Of a stretch of 28,507 nucleotides of DNA, positions 1 to 9,439 are shown piece by piece; position 1 is the first letter of the stretch; each line of letters begins with the position of its first letter. Location of the stretch: IMG/VR virus record IMGVR_UViG_3300042549_004653, positions 1 through 28,507 of that record, one strand, 5' to 3'. Both the position numbers and the translations under genes were made by a program. This DNA is from a virus. Its lineage: Duplodnaviria; Caudoviricetes. The notes under the pieces were generated by a model that searched no databases, was not told the origin of the DNA, and saw only the letters and a program-made list of their open reading frames with translations.

Positions 1-38
1 ATATATTTATGGATTGCACCTTATACATACCAACATAA
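1..38 (+). CDS. 3' end of a gene truncated by the window edge (...IFMDCTLYIPT*), probably tail completion/terminator protein
   Basis: Open frame 3-38 ending in TAA, directly upstream of the tail tube gene. Product inferred from synteny only. Confidence 0.4.
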   Translation, partial: IFMDCTLYIPT

Positions 39-73
39 GAACTTTTTAATTTTTTAATGTGAGGAAATAAATT

Positions 74-568
74 ATGGCACTTCCAAATAAAGTTTTACCA
101 GGTTTTAGCGCAAGTCTTTATTGCCAATCAGGCGCAACACCAACCGCTTTAACAACTGCTAACCTTTCTGTTTATGCTTCAGTATCAGGCATCACAGTTT
201 CAGCAAACTTGTTACCTGTAGAAGCTATTCCAGCTTTTGGTCAAGATGATGCAATGGCTAATTACAATGTTGCAGGCTCTCGTCAATCTGACAAGATTCC
301 TACTCAAGCCGCTCCAACATCAATGACAATTACTGCGGCATGGAATCCTTCAGACGCAAATCTTCTTTTAATGCGTGGCGATGCTTATAACGGCACGATT
401 GATAGAACCTTTGTTATTTCTGCAACTGATGGAACTAATATTGTTAATTACGCTTTTAATGGTCGAGTAGGTCAATTCACAGTTGATCCTAATCCAACTG
501 CTGAAGCTAAATGCACATTTACTGTTCATCCGCGTGGTAATCAATACGGCTGGTCAAATAATACTTAA
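74..568 (+). CDS. Major tail (tube) protein
   Basis: 164 aa, beta-rich and Ala/Thr-rich; tail-tube-like segments (IPAFG, ITAAWNPSD, AFNGRV); strong SD GAGGA; upstream of chaperones and tape measure. Confidence 0.8.
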   Translation: MALPNKVLPGFSASLYCQSGATPTALTTANLSVYASVSGITVSANLLPVEAIPAFGQDDAMANYNVAGSRQSDKIPTQAAPTSMTITAAWNPSDANLLLMRGDAYNGTIDRTFVISATDGTNIVNYAFNGRVGQFTVDPNPTAEAKCTFTVHPRGNQYGWSNNT

Positions 569-580
569 TAAGGGTTAAAT

Positions 581-805
581 ATGAAATTATCTGAAGCTAT
601 TGAAATATTAACTAGCACCTATCAAAGCCTTGATACAGTAGTTTTAGGATTGCCTGTTGATGCAAAAGAAGTTGCTGATGCTTTAGCAAAAGCTAATCCT
701 GATAGTGCTGAATATATTGCATTACAAGCATTAGCTAAAGTTAATCCTTATGAAAATACAAAAAAAGAAAAGGTAAAACAAAATGACGACTACAATCAAG
801 AATAG
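581..805 (+). CDS. Hypothetical protein
   Basis: 74 aa ORF with SD-like AAGGG, fills the operon. Confidence 0.65.
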   Translation: MKLSEAIEILTSTYQSLDTVVLGLPVDAKEVADALAKANPDSAEYIALQALAKVNPYENTKKEKVKQNDDYNQE

Positions 806-1010
806 TGATGATTTATTAAGTTATTTAGTAAGCCAAGCCAATTCAGGTCAAAAGAATTGGTTTGGTTTTGCTCAACAACGATTAACAGGCATTGCTTTAG
901 CTCACGATATTGCTAAAAATCATGCTGATAAATTAACGCCTGAAGAAGCCGTTGATTATGCTATTAAACTTAATAATACGATTTATCAAAAAATAATTAA
1001 GGCAGATTAA
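783..1010 (+). CDS. Hypothetical protein
   Basis: 75 aa ORF, AAGGT SD, TAATG coupling to the next gene. Confidence 0.7.
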   Translation: MTTTIKNSDDLLSYLVSQANSGQKNWFGFAQQRLTGIALAHDIAKNHADKLTPEEAVDYAIKLNNTIYQKIIKAD

Positions 1011-1564
1011 TGAGCGTTAAATTTGCGGTCAATGGTTTAAAAGAAACTCTTGATGCATTTAAAGAATTTCAAGAACAGTTTGGCGATAAAGACGCAAAAA
1101 GCAAGGTATTAATACCAGCAGTTAGAGAAGCCATGAAGCCTGTATTAGCTATGGCAAAAGCATTATCACCTAAAGACACAGGTGCATTGGATCGCTCTTT
1201 ATATATCACCGCAAGGCGACCTACTAGAAAAGATATGAAGTCAAGATATGTAACACCAAAAGATTCTGTTATATCTCTTGTTTCATCTCGACCAATTCCT
1301 AAAAAAGTAAAGCAACAATTTCAAGCCGAATATGGTAATTTAAAAGGCAAGGAATATAAAAAGGCTAAAAGGAAGTTTTATACAGAACAAGGTGTTATGT
1401 TTGACGCTAGAGCCATAGCCAATGAATTTGGAACGGCTAATATGTCAGCCAAACCATTTATGCGAATATCATTAGAATCGCAAGCTCAAGCAGTTGCAAC
1501 AAGGTTAGGATTAATTATTAAACAAAAAATGGATTCATACAAAGCTAAAAATTTAACAACATAA
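1010..1564 (+). CDS. HK97 gp10-like tail component
   Basis: Family motifs: N-terminal V-x-G-L-x-E, A-x-x-L-S-P-x-D-T-G-x-L-x-x-S, C-terminal EFGT-x-x-M-S-A-K-P-F-M-R. Confidence 0.8.
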   Translation: MSVKFAVNGLKETLDAFKEFQEQFGDKDAKSKVLIPAVREAMKPVLAMAKALSPKDTGALDRSLYITARRPTRKDMKSRYVTPKDSVISLVSSRPIPKKVKQQFQAEYGNLKGKEYKKAKRKFYTEQGVMFDARAIANEFGTANMSAKPFMRISLESQAQAVATRLGLIIKQKMDSYKAKNLTT

Positions 1565-1573
1565 GGAAAAGAT

Positions 1574-2044
1574 ATGAGTAAATTAGGATCAGCACTCGGT
1601 AAAAAATACGAGGAAAATAGATTATCGGTATTAACTAGGTCGTTTGAATTAGGCGATCATACATTTAAAGTAAGAGTGCCAAGCGTATCTGAAATTGAAG
1701 CTATTTATAATTACTTTAAAACACCTAATGAGGAAAAAGTTGAGCTTGAATATCAAAAAATGCTCAAAGAATTTGATGGCCTTAAAGAAAAAGAAGGCGT
1801 AGAAATAAAAGATAACGATATGGTTATTGATGGCAGATCAATAAGAGAAACTGCCAAGAATAAACATATATTGCAACATAGAATAGTTGAATATATTAAA
1901 TTTCTAATACCTGAAGCGGGATCATTAGAAGATATAACTTATGAAGATGTAGAAACTGAATTTCCATTAACAGTTCAAATGACTTTAGTGGAAAAAATTA
2001 ACGAGGTTATTAGCCCTGACTATAAAGACATAAAGTCAAAGTAG
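1574..2044 (+). CDS. Tail assembly chaperone (lambda gpG-like)
   Basis: Charged helical 156 aa protein between tail tube and tape measure genes; SD AAGGA. Confidence 0.65.
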   Translation: MSKLGSALGKKYEENRLSVLTRSFELGDHTFKVRVPSVSEIEAIYNYFKTPNEEKVELEYQKMLKEFDGLKEKEGVEIKDNDMVIDGRSIRETAKNKHILQHRIVEYIKFLIPEAGSLEDITYEDVETEFPLTVQMTLVEKINEVISPDYKDIKSK

Positions 2045-2385
2045 TAGGCTCGTTAAGAACTCAAGTTCGCGCGTCTATGGTTTTTAACGGGCATACAATA
2101 CAAGATATAGATGCGCTTGATGAAGCTACCATGAATGAAATAACAATCATGTATGCGGATGGGTTAGTTGGAAATAGAAGCTTATTAAATATGCAAGGAA
2201 CTCTTATAGCTGGAGTTTTTAATTATTTAAGAGCAGGCAATAGCCAACCTTATACTCTTAAAAGCGTTTTAGGTAGTGCTTATGAATATTTTTATGGTAT
2301 AGAAAAAGCTGATCCTAGCGAATCCTTATTAACATTTATGTCACAAGCACCTGACTTTAAAATGGACAGATTTGAAGGTAAATAA
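2026..2385 (+). CDS. Tail assembly chaperone extension (gpT-like), probably made as a -1 frameshift fusion; first in-frame ATG at 2077
   Basis: The -1 frame is open from 2026, overlapping the end of the previous gene; no SD before ATG 2077; lies directly before the tape measure gene. Confidence 0.65.
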   Translation, partial: RHKVKVVGSLRTQVRASMVFNGHTIQDIDALDEATMNEITIMYADGLVGNRSLLNMQGTLIAGVFNYLRAGNSQPYTLKSVLGSAYEYFYGIEKADPSESLLTFMSQAPDFKMDRFEGK

Positions 2386-2387
2386 CA

Positions 2388-4199
2388 ATGGCAATTATTT
2401 CAAGGTTAGCAGTTTTACTTGGGCTTGATGCAGGCGAGTTTAATGCCAATCTAGGTAAAGCTAAAGAAAAAGTAGAAGGCTTTAGCATAGGCGCAAAAGC
2501 ATCATTGGTTGCAGTTGCAGTAGCCTTCACCGCTTCCGCTAAAGAAGCAGTTATGTTTGCCGATAGAATAAACGATGTATCTAAAGCTAATGATATGTCG
2601 GTTCAATCCGTATTGCGGATGTCCAATGCTTTATCTCAAAATGGTGGAAATACTGATGACGCTGGTAAGCTCATGGCATCATTCGCTAATAAAATTGATG
2701 AAGCCGCTCAAGGATCAGAAAAAGCACAAAAAGCTTTTGTATCCATTGGCGTATCTTTAAAAGATTTAAGAACGCTTGCCCCTCAAGATTTATTTGAAAA
2801 AACTGTTAAATCATTAGCCGCAGTTGAAGATACTACTAGACGCAATGCGCTTGCTATGGATATGTTTGGTAGAGGTATTCGTGGTGTTGATATTAAAGGC
2901 TTTGCAGACGAGTTAGATAAAACTAAAACTAAATTTGAAGGCGCAGACGAAGCATTTAAAAAAATAGGCGTTTCAGTTGATCGTTTAGATAAGTTATTTT
3001 TTGGTTTAAAAGTTAATTTGGCTGAATCACTTGCGCCTGCTTTTGAAGCTTTTACAAAATCTTTAGAAGGTTTTTTTAATCAACAAGGCAAATTGATTAA
3101 CAGATTTGCAGAAATTAGAAAAGAAGCAGGATGGTGGGCGGCATGGAAAGACAAAGAAGGATTTCAAAAATATGTTGCTCCAAGTGAAAGAGAGTTTGGA
3201 TCAGTTCAAGGTGCTAATGTTCCTGGCATCATGTCAGGTATTGGTGGTGTAGCCGCACCTAAAAAAAATATTAGAGAGGTTACGGAAGCTAGAAATAAAG
3301 AAGCTGAAGCTGAAGCAAAACGATTGGCTGAAGCGGCAAAAAGGCAACAAGAATTTTATGAAAAAGAATTGCTTATTACTCAAGCAAAAGGTTTGAGATT
3401 ACAAAAAGAACATGAATTAGCTTTTCTTACAGAAAATGAAAGAAAACTTCAATTAGAATTATTTGACATAGAACAAAAGCGTCAGCAATTAACTTTAGGC
3501 GATCAATTTGGTCGTAAGATGACTGAAGATCAAGCTAATAAATGGGCTGAAGCTGAAAAAGCTAGGGCTAAAGAAGCATATCAAATTGGTGAAGCTCAAA
3601 GAAGTTTTGAATTTGGTTGGCAAAAAGCTTTTGCTACTTATGCAGATAACGCTTCTAATGCGGCTAAATTAGGTGAGCAAGCATTCGTATCTGTAACACA
3701 AAATCTTGAAACTGCATTAGAAAGATTTGTTGAAACAGGCAAATTAAGTTTTGGTGATTTAGCAAAAAGTATTATTGGTGATTTACTTAAAATACAATTA
3801 AAAGCTCAAGCTACATCTATATTTCAATCATCAGGTATTGGTAGTTTTTTTAGTGGTTTATTTGGTGGCGGCGGTGGTGGCGGTGGAAAAGCTTTTACAG
3901 GCGGAATTAAATTAAAAGGATTTGCTGATGGTGGCAATCCACCTGTTGGCGTTCCAAGTATGGTAGGTGAGAGTGGCCCTGAATTATTTATTCCTAAAAC
4001 CGCAGGCACTATTATTCCAAATAATCAATTAGGCTCTGCTATAAGCGGTGGCCCTCAAGTAGTGTATAATGGGCCTTATATTGCAAGCATGAGTGCTATT
4101 GATACCCAATCTGCAACGCAATTTTTATCACGAAATAAACAAGCGGTATTTGCGGCTAATCAATCCGCTACAAGATCATTGCCACAATCGAGATCATAA
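2388..4199 (+). CDS. Tail tape measure protein
   Basis: 603 aa helical Ala/Lys/Glu-rich; N-terminal L-x-V-x-L-G-L-D-x-x-x-F; lambda-type C-terminal region (GW-x-x-A..Y; F-x-x-T-G-K-L-S-F-x-D-L; GFADGG..MVGESGPELF). Confidence 0.92.
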   Translation: MAIISRLAVLLGLDAGEFNANLGKAKEKVEGFSIGAKASLVAVAVAFTASAKEAVMFADRINDVSKANDMSVQSVLRMSNALSQNGGNTDDAGKLMASFANKIDEAAQGSEKAQKAFVSIGVSLKDLRTLAPQDLFEKTVKSLAAVEDTTRRNALAMDMFGRGIRGVDIKGFADELDKTKTKFEGADEAFKKIGVSVDRLDKLFFGLKVNLAESLAPAFEAFTKSLEGFFNQQGKLINRFAEIRKEAGWWAAWKDKEGFQKYVAPSEREFGSVQGANVPGIMSGIGGVAAPKKNIREVTEARNKEAEAEAKRLAEAAKRQQEFYEKELLITQAKGLRLQKEHELAFLTENERKLQLELFDIEQKRQQLTLGDQFGRKMTEDQANKWAEAEKARAKEAYQIGEAQRSFEFGWQKAFATYADNASNAAKLGEQAFVSVTQNLETALERFVETGKLSFGDLAKSIIGDLLKIQLKAQATSIFQSSGIGSFFSGLFGGGGGGGGKAFTGGIKLKGFADGGNPPVGVPSMVGESGPELFIPKTAGTIIPNNQLGSAISGGPQVVYNGPYIASMSAIDTQSATQFLSRNKQAVFAANQSATRSLPQSRS

Positions 4200-4201
4200 T
4201 T

Positions 4202-4882
4202 ATGTCATTAAATACAATATTACAAGTTTCAGAATCGATTGCAATTAATGATCAAAAGCTTGTTGGTCAAGTTTTAAGTCGCAATCAGCGCATCTCAACT
4301 TCCGAACTTCTTACTGTTCAACCTTTTGAATTTACTATGAATCCTATGAAGTATTTACTTTATAGTCAAAATAGGGATTTATTATCATCCTTGCGTGTAG
4401 CAGATAAAGCTACAGAACAATATCTTAATTTTACAAATATTGGTTGGCTTAATTATGTTGCCTATCAAGGTGATATGACATCAGGTCAAATAACAACTTG
4501 CCAATGGCAAACTTCAAGCGCTAATAAAACGCTTGTATTGGGTAGCTTGCCTAGCATATCTTCAAGTGCTTATATTGTTAAAAAAGGCGATTTTTGCCAA
4601 GTAGGTCGATATGCTTATATTGCAACGGCTGATGTTCAAAGAGGTGGAAGCTCAACTGTTAATATTCCTGTTCACAGAAATTTAATTGATACTTTAGTAA
4701 GTGCAGTTGGCGCAGTTATTGGTCAATACGGAACAACCATATCTTTAGGTGGCGCAAGTTATACAGGAACTACATTCCCTGTAATTTTAAGAGAGTATCC
4801 TACTTATACATTAGTGCCTATGACTAATGATTCATTTATATCTTGGAATGGCCCTTTTGTAGCAATTGAAGATGTCCTATGA
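4202..4882 (+). CDS. Minor tail protein (distal tail protein-like)
   Basis: 226 aa, beta-rich, immediately after tape measure; call by synteny. Confidence 0.6.
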   Translation: MSLNTILQVSESIAINDQKLVGQVLSRNQRISTSELLTVQPFEFTMNPMKYLLYSQNRDLLSSLRVADKATEQYLNFTNIGWLNYVAYQGDMTSGQITTCQWQTSSANKTLVLGSLPSISSSAYIVKKGDFCQVGRYAYIATADVQRGGSSTVNIPVHRNLIDTLVSAVGAVIGQYGTTISLGGASYTGTTFPVILREYPTYTLVPMTNDSFISWNGPFVAIEDVL

Positions 4883-5643
4883 ATGTAATAACACCAGTCG
4901 TTAATACTAACAATATAAGAATGGCAGACTTTGTTCGCGTTACTACGCGAGCTACTGTTACTGCTGGCAATCTTGTCATTGGTCAAACTTATACAGTTAG
5001 AACTACTGTTACAGGCGGAGTTAATCCTACTGATTGGACTTCTTGGGGTGCGGCTAATAATAACTATGGCACAGTATTTGTAGCCACAGGTGTTGGATCA
5101 GGCACAGGCACAGTTTATGAAAATGTTGTTTATAGATTTGCTACAACACCAAGCGCATTAACTATACCAGCAGTTGATTCCCAACCTTTTGATGCTTTAG
5201 GCGGTCTAGTAAAAGTTAATGATGTTCAAAGAGATATTAAATCAACTGCTAATGAAACAAGTTTAACTATTGTTGGTATTGATACTGCTTTATTAGGTTG
5301 GACATTAGGGCATGAAATAAAAGGTTCTTATATTGAAATGTGGCATGGGTTTTTTAATACCAATGGCGAATTAATAACAACAGGTGGCACAGGCGGTTTA
5401 TATAAATTTTTTACAGGCTATGTAAATTCTTTTGCTATATCCGAACAATGGATGGAAGAGATAAGAATGTATGTTGGCGTTATTAATATAGCGGCATCAA
5501 GCATACAAATTATTCTGCAAAATAGAACTGCCGGTAGATACACTAATGATAATGCTTGGAAATATTGGAATCCTACGGATACATCTATGGATCGAGTTGG
5601 CTTTATAGAAACAATTAATTATTCTTTTGGTAAGGATGTATGA
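4879..5643 (+). CDS. Minor tail protein (tail tip hub, gpL-position)
   Basis: 254 aa, ATGA-coupled; C-terminal GRYTND..W..PTDTSMDRV..FG pattern typical of tail hub proteins; synteny. Confidence 0.6.
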   Translation: MNVITPVVNTNNIRMADFVRVTTRATVTAGNLVIGQTYTVRTTVTGGVNPTDWTSWGAANNNYGTVFVATGVGSGTGTVYENVVYRFATTPSALTIPAVDSQPFDALGGLVKVNDVQRDIKSTANETSLTIVGIDTALLGWTLGHEIKGSYIEMWHGFFNTNGELITTGGTGGLYKFFTGYVNSFAISEQWMEEIRMYVGVINIAASSIQIILQNRTAGRYTNDNAWKYWNPTDTSMDRVGFIETINYSFGKDV

Positions 5644-6074
5644 TAAGACAAGCTACAAAATACGACAAAATACAATTACAAAATATGATGCGAATGTTTA
5701 GGGATGAAAGTCCAATAGAGCAATATAAAGATATTGATAATCCTGATTATTTTAATTCCATTATAGATAGTATTATTGCAGGTCGAGGTATTATTTTTAT
5801 AGAGGATAACATAGGATTTATTATGGGCATTATTAGCCCTGTCGTATGGTGTGATAAAACTTTAGCATTATATGAATTAGCTTGGTATGTAAAACCTGAA
5901 TATAGACACAAAACAGTTGGATATAAATTATTAAAAGCCTATATAAACAAAGCTCAAGAATTAAAAGATCAAGGTAGAATTAAATTATTTACTATGACTA
6001 AAATGACAACAAGCCCTGACATTAATTATGCAAGATTTGGATTTACTAAAATAGAAGAAAATTGGATGCAATGA
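5640..6074 (+). CDS. GNAT-fold acyltransferase-like protein
   Basis: MIRQAT..D N-terminus, WYVKPEYRHKTVGYKLL (acyl-CoA binding motif A), terminal Y-x-R-F-G-F. Confidence 0.75.
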   Translation: MIRQATKYDKIQLQNMMRMFRDESPIEQYKDIDNPDYFNSIIDSIIAGRGIIFIEDNIGFIMGIISPVVWCDKTLALYELAWYVKPEYRHKTVGYKLLKAYINKAQELKDQGRIKLFTMTKMTTSPDINYARFGFTKIEENWMQ

Positions 6075-9000
6075 TTCGTTTTATATTACTCTTTTTAATT
6101 TGGTTTTTATATTGCTCTGAAGCATTAGCGGCAGGTTCTATTATTGCTGGCGCTCTTGGTTTATCAGGATTTTTTGCAACTGTAGTTGGTTTTGCAATTA
6201 ATATGGTTGCATCAACTATTGTATCTAGTCTTTTTGCTCCCAAACAACCAAACTTAAATGATCAACCTTCACAACCAAATCCAGGAAGTCGCCAACAACT
6301 TCCGCCCGCAGGCGATAATAAATTACCTGTTGTTTATGGCAAATCTTATGTAGGCGGCATTATTACTGACCTTTCTATTACCGCAGACAATCAAGATATA
6401 TATTGGGTAATTTCATTATGTGAAGTAACTAATACAGAAACAGGTGGCTCACCTGATACGATTACTTTTGGAAATGTTTACTGGGGCGGAAAGCGTTGTG
6501 TATTTAATGCTAATAATTATTCAGTCGATTCATTATTAGACGAATCAACAGGTGAAACTCAAGATGTAGCTGGATATCTAGATATTTATTTATATAGAAA
6601 TGGATCAAATAATCCAAGTAATAGCCCATCAACTGCAATATCTATTATGCAAACATCAGGATTAGTTTATACATGGAATAGCACTAAATTAATGAGTAAT
6701 TGTGCTTTTGCTATTATTCATCTTAAATATAATGCTGATCGCGCTTTGACTGGATTACAATCTACAAGATTTGAAGTAACAAACTCAAGAACTGCTCCTG
6801 GCGATTGTTTCCTAGATTATTTTACTTCTACAAGATATGGTGCAGCCGTTCCTACCTCTCAAATTGATACAACATCATTAACTGCTTTAAATGCTTATTC
6901 AAACGCATCTTTTACTTATACTCCATATACAGGTTCAAGCGCAACTCAACCAAGATTTCAATTTAATGGTGTATTAGATACTAATCAAAAAATTATGCAA
7001 AACATACAATCAATGTCAGATTGTTGCGATTGTTTGGTTAAGTATAATGAAATTACAGGCACTTGGGGCGTTATTACACAAACACCATCTTATACAGTAG
7101 CAATGGCTTTAAGCGATAGTAATATTATTTCGCCTATACAAATAACTCCAATAGATTTAGCAAATTCGTTTAATGTAATAGAAGTTAAATTTCCTGATGT
7201 ATCAGAAAAAGATACATTTAATTCGGCAACATTTAATCTTCAAACTATTGCACCACAATTATTATTTCCAAATGAGCCTGTTAATAAACAATCAGTTAAT
7301 CTTTATCTAACAAATAACAATGTAACGGCTCAATATCTTGCAAACAGAATGCTTGAAGCGGCAAGAGAAGATTTGCAAGTTGTTTTAGAAATTACATATA
7401 TTGGTATTCAATTAGAAGCTGGCGATATAGTAACAGTAACCAATACTAATTATGGTTGGGTGGCTAAATTATTTAGAGTATCAAAAGTCATAGAAAAAAT
7501 AGCAGAAACAGGCGCAATTACGGCTGAATTAACTTTAATGGAATATAATCCACAAGTTTATGATGATCGCAATATAACTCAATTTACGCCTGCGCCTAAT
7601 ACAGGTATAGGATCACCCATTACTTTTGGCACAATTCCTGTTCCTGTTATATCGGCTAATTATCCTACAGTTGATAATCCTTATTTTGATATAACAGTTA
7701 CAAGCTCAAGCGCAGGTATTACTCAATATGCTGAAATTTGGTATTCAGCTTATCAATACCCAACAACTGCTCAACTTATATTTGCAGGCACTACGGCTAT
7801 TCAATCTAATGGCAATCCTTATAATCCCAATACCGCTATGCCTACTGTTCAACTTTACGGCATTTCAGCAGGTAATTGGTATTTCTTTAGTCGCATGGTT
7901 AATCAAATTGCAACAAGTAATTTTTCATTAGCTTCAACAGTTTTTCAATGGCGACCAAGAACATTTCAATTTACTGAAAAATATCTTTCTGTAGCTTATG
8001 CTGACAATATTACTGGATCAAGTAACTTTAATTTTAGTCCTACAAATAGACTTTATTATGGTCTTTATAATACTGTATCATCAAGCCCATCTTCTAACCC
8101 TGCTGATTATAAATGGTATTTAGCTGATCCCGCTTTTGGAACTAATATATATCTTGCTTTTGCAAATCGTCAAAGTCGTAAATTTAGTTTTGATACAGAC
8201 TTTGCAGGTTACGCTGGCTCTACTGGATCTTTTGTTCCTACTACTGCATTAAAATTTAATCCTAGAATATGGTCAGCTTTGCCTGATGGAACAAATATTA
8301 TTGATTTAGATCAAGCAACAGGTCAGGTTATTGGCACAGGCACAACAACTGTTGGCACAGGTCAAATTAAAGTTCAAAATACAAATTCAGGTCAAGTCGT
8401 AGCTTCATTAGATCAATTTTTAGATTTTGGTGGCCCTTCTACCAAAACAGGAAGTGCCGCTACTTTAACGATTGATGTTTATGGTCGAGTGGTAGGATTT
8501 ACTGCACCTGATGACTTTTTTATTACGATTGATAATTTTGATGCAACTTCAGGTCAAACTGTATTTAGCGTAACTCGCGATGCTAATTATATTATTGATC
8601 AATGTTTAGTATTTCAAAATGGATGTTTATTATCTGAAACAGAATATACAGACGCATCAGCAAGCGTTACATTGAGCGTAGGTGCTACCTTAAATGATGT
8701 TGTATCAGTTATATCTATGAGAGCTAAATCTAGTGGAGTATTTTATGATAATACTCATTTAACTGTAGCTAGTGTATCAGGCGCAAATGTAGTTTGGGAT
8801 AATGCTACTATGCCTTATCAAGCTATTATAGCTGGAAGTAAAATGACTTTTGCCAATACAGGCACTCCAACTCAATATACTATATCTAGCGTTAATTACT
8901 CAACGCGCACTATTACATTTACAACAACTGTAACAAGTGTTGTAGCTGGCGACAATATTTATAATTATCGCGCTACAAATGCTTCTTATCCTGCTTTTAC

Positions 9001-9430
9001 AAGATGGGAAGAAGATTTAACTTCAGCTTCTAGTTTTACCCCTACATTATGGGAATTTCAATCAGGATATGAATTTTTATTTATAAATGGAACTGTTTTA
9101 AATGAGCAAGATTTTGATATAGCAGGAAATGTATTAGGAAGTTTTCCATCAACAACAACAGGAAAATTAATTAATATTCAATTTAGTGGTAATAATTTAA
9201 CAACGCCTACAGGAACACCCGTAAATGTATTAACTTTTAGCGTAGCAGGGCAAACTAATTATTCATTCAATTTTGGTGCAAATGCTTTTAATTTATACGC
9301 AAATGGGTTATTATTAGAGGAATCTGTTGATTATACTACTGCCACAGGTGTGTGGAGTTTAACAACTGCATATACAACAACTTCAGTCGTATTTGTTCAA
9401 CAAACATTCGCATCAGCAGGTGCGGCATAA
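6071..9430 (+). CDS. Tail tip attachment / central fibre protein (lambda gpJ-like)
   Basis: About 1119 aa; LPVVYG, SLCE, PGDCFLDYFTSTRYG, RFQFNG, LEAGDIVTVT..GW..KLFRV, EYN-x-x-VY motifs. ATG 6071 overlaps the GNAT stop (ATGA), so it is preferred to TTG 6062. Confidence 0.88.
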   Translation: MIRFILLFLIWFLYCSEALAAGSIIAGALGLSGFFATVVGFAINMVASTIVSSLFAPKQPNLNDQPSQPNPGSRQQLPPAGDNKLPVVYGKSYVGGIITDLSITADNQDIYWVISLCEVTNTETGGSPDTITFGNVYWGGKRCVFNANNYSVDSLLDESTGETQDVAGYLDIYLYRNGSNNPSNSPSTAISIMQTSGLVYTWNSTKLMSNCAFAIIHLKYNADRALTGLQSTRFEVTNSRTAPGDCFLDYFTSTRYGAAVPTSQIDTTSLTALNAYSNASFTYTPYTGSSATQPRFQFNGVLDTNQKIMQNIQSMSDCCDCLVKYNEITGTWGVITQTPSYTVAMALSDSNIISPIQITPIDLANSFNVIEVKFPDVSEKDTFNSATFNLQTIAPQLLFPNEPVNKQSVNLYLTNNNVTAQYLANRMLEAAREDLQVVLEITYIGIQLEAGDIVTVTNTNYGWVAKLFRVSKVIEKIAETGAITAELTLMEYNPQVYDDRNITQFTPAPNTGIGSPITFGTIPVPVISANYPTVDNPYFDITVTSSSAGITQYAEIWYSAYQYPTTAQLIFAGTTAIQSNGNPYNPNTAMPTVQLYGISAGNWYFFSRMVNQIATSNFSLASTVFQWRPRTFQFTEKYLSVAYADNITGSSNFNFSPTNRLYYGLYNTVSSSPSSNPADYKWYLADPAFGTNIYLAFANRQSRKFSFDTDFAGYAGSTGSFVPTTALKFNPRIWSALPDGTNIIDLDQATGQVIGTGTTTVGTGQIKVQNTNSGQVVASLDQFLDFGGPSTKTGSAATLTIDVYGRVVGFTAPDDFFITIDNFDATSGQTVFSVTRDANYIIDQCLVFQNGCLLSETEYTDASASVTLSVGATLNDVVSVISMRAKSSGVFYDNTHLTVASVSGANVVWDNATMPYQAIIAGSKMTFANTGTPTQYTISSVNYSTRTITFTTTVTSVVAGDNIYNYRATNASYPAFTRWEEDLTSASSFTPTLWEFQSGYEFLFINGTVLNEQDFDIAGNVLGSFPSTTTGKLINIQFSGNNLTTPTGTPVNVLTFSVAGQTNYSFNFGANAFNLYANGLLLEESVDYTTATGVWSLTTAYTTTSVVFVQQTFASAGAA

Positions 9431-9439
9431 GGGGAAAAA

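Noticed and set aside
2042-2056. Stop-codon readthrough or TAG reassignment at the chaperone gene
   Set aside because: TAG TAG is followed by an in-frame TAA two codons later, and long ORFs are intact under the standard code.
2575-7931. Nested or antisense ORFs at 2575, 3824, 4804, 6046 and 7728
   Set aside because: They lie within well-supported tail genes; the poly-Pro in the 3824 ORF is just the antisense of a poly-Gly linker.
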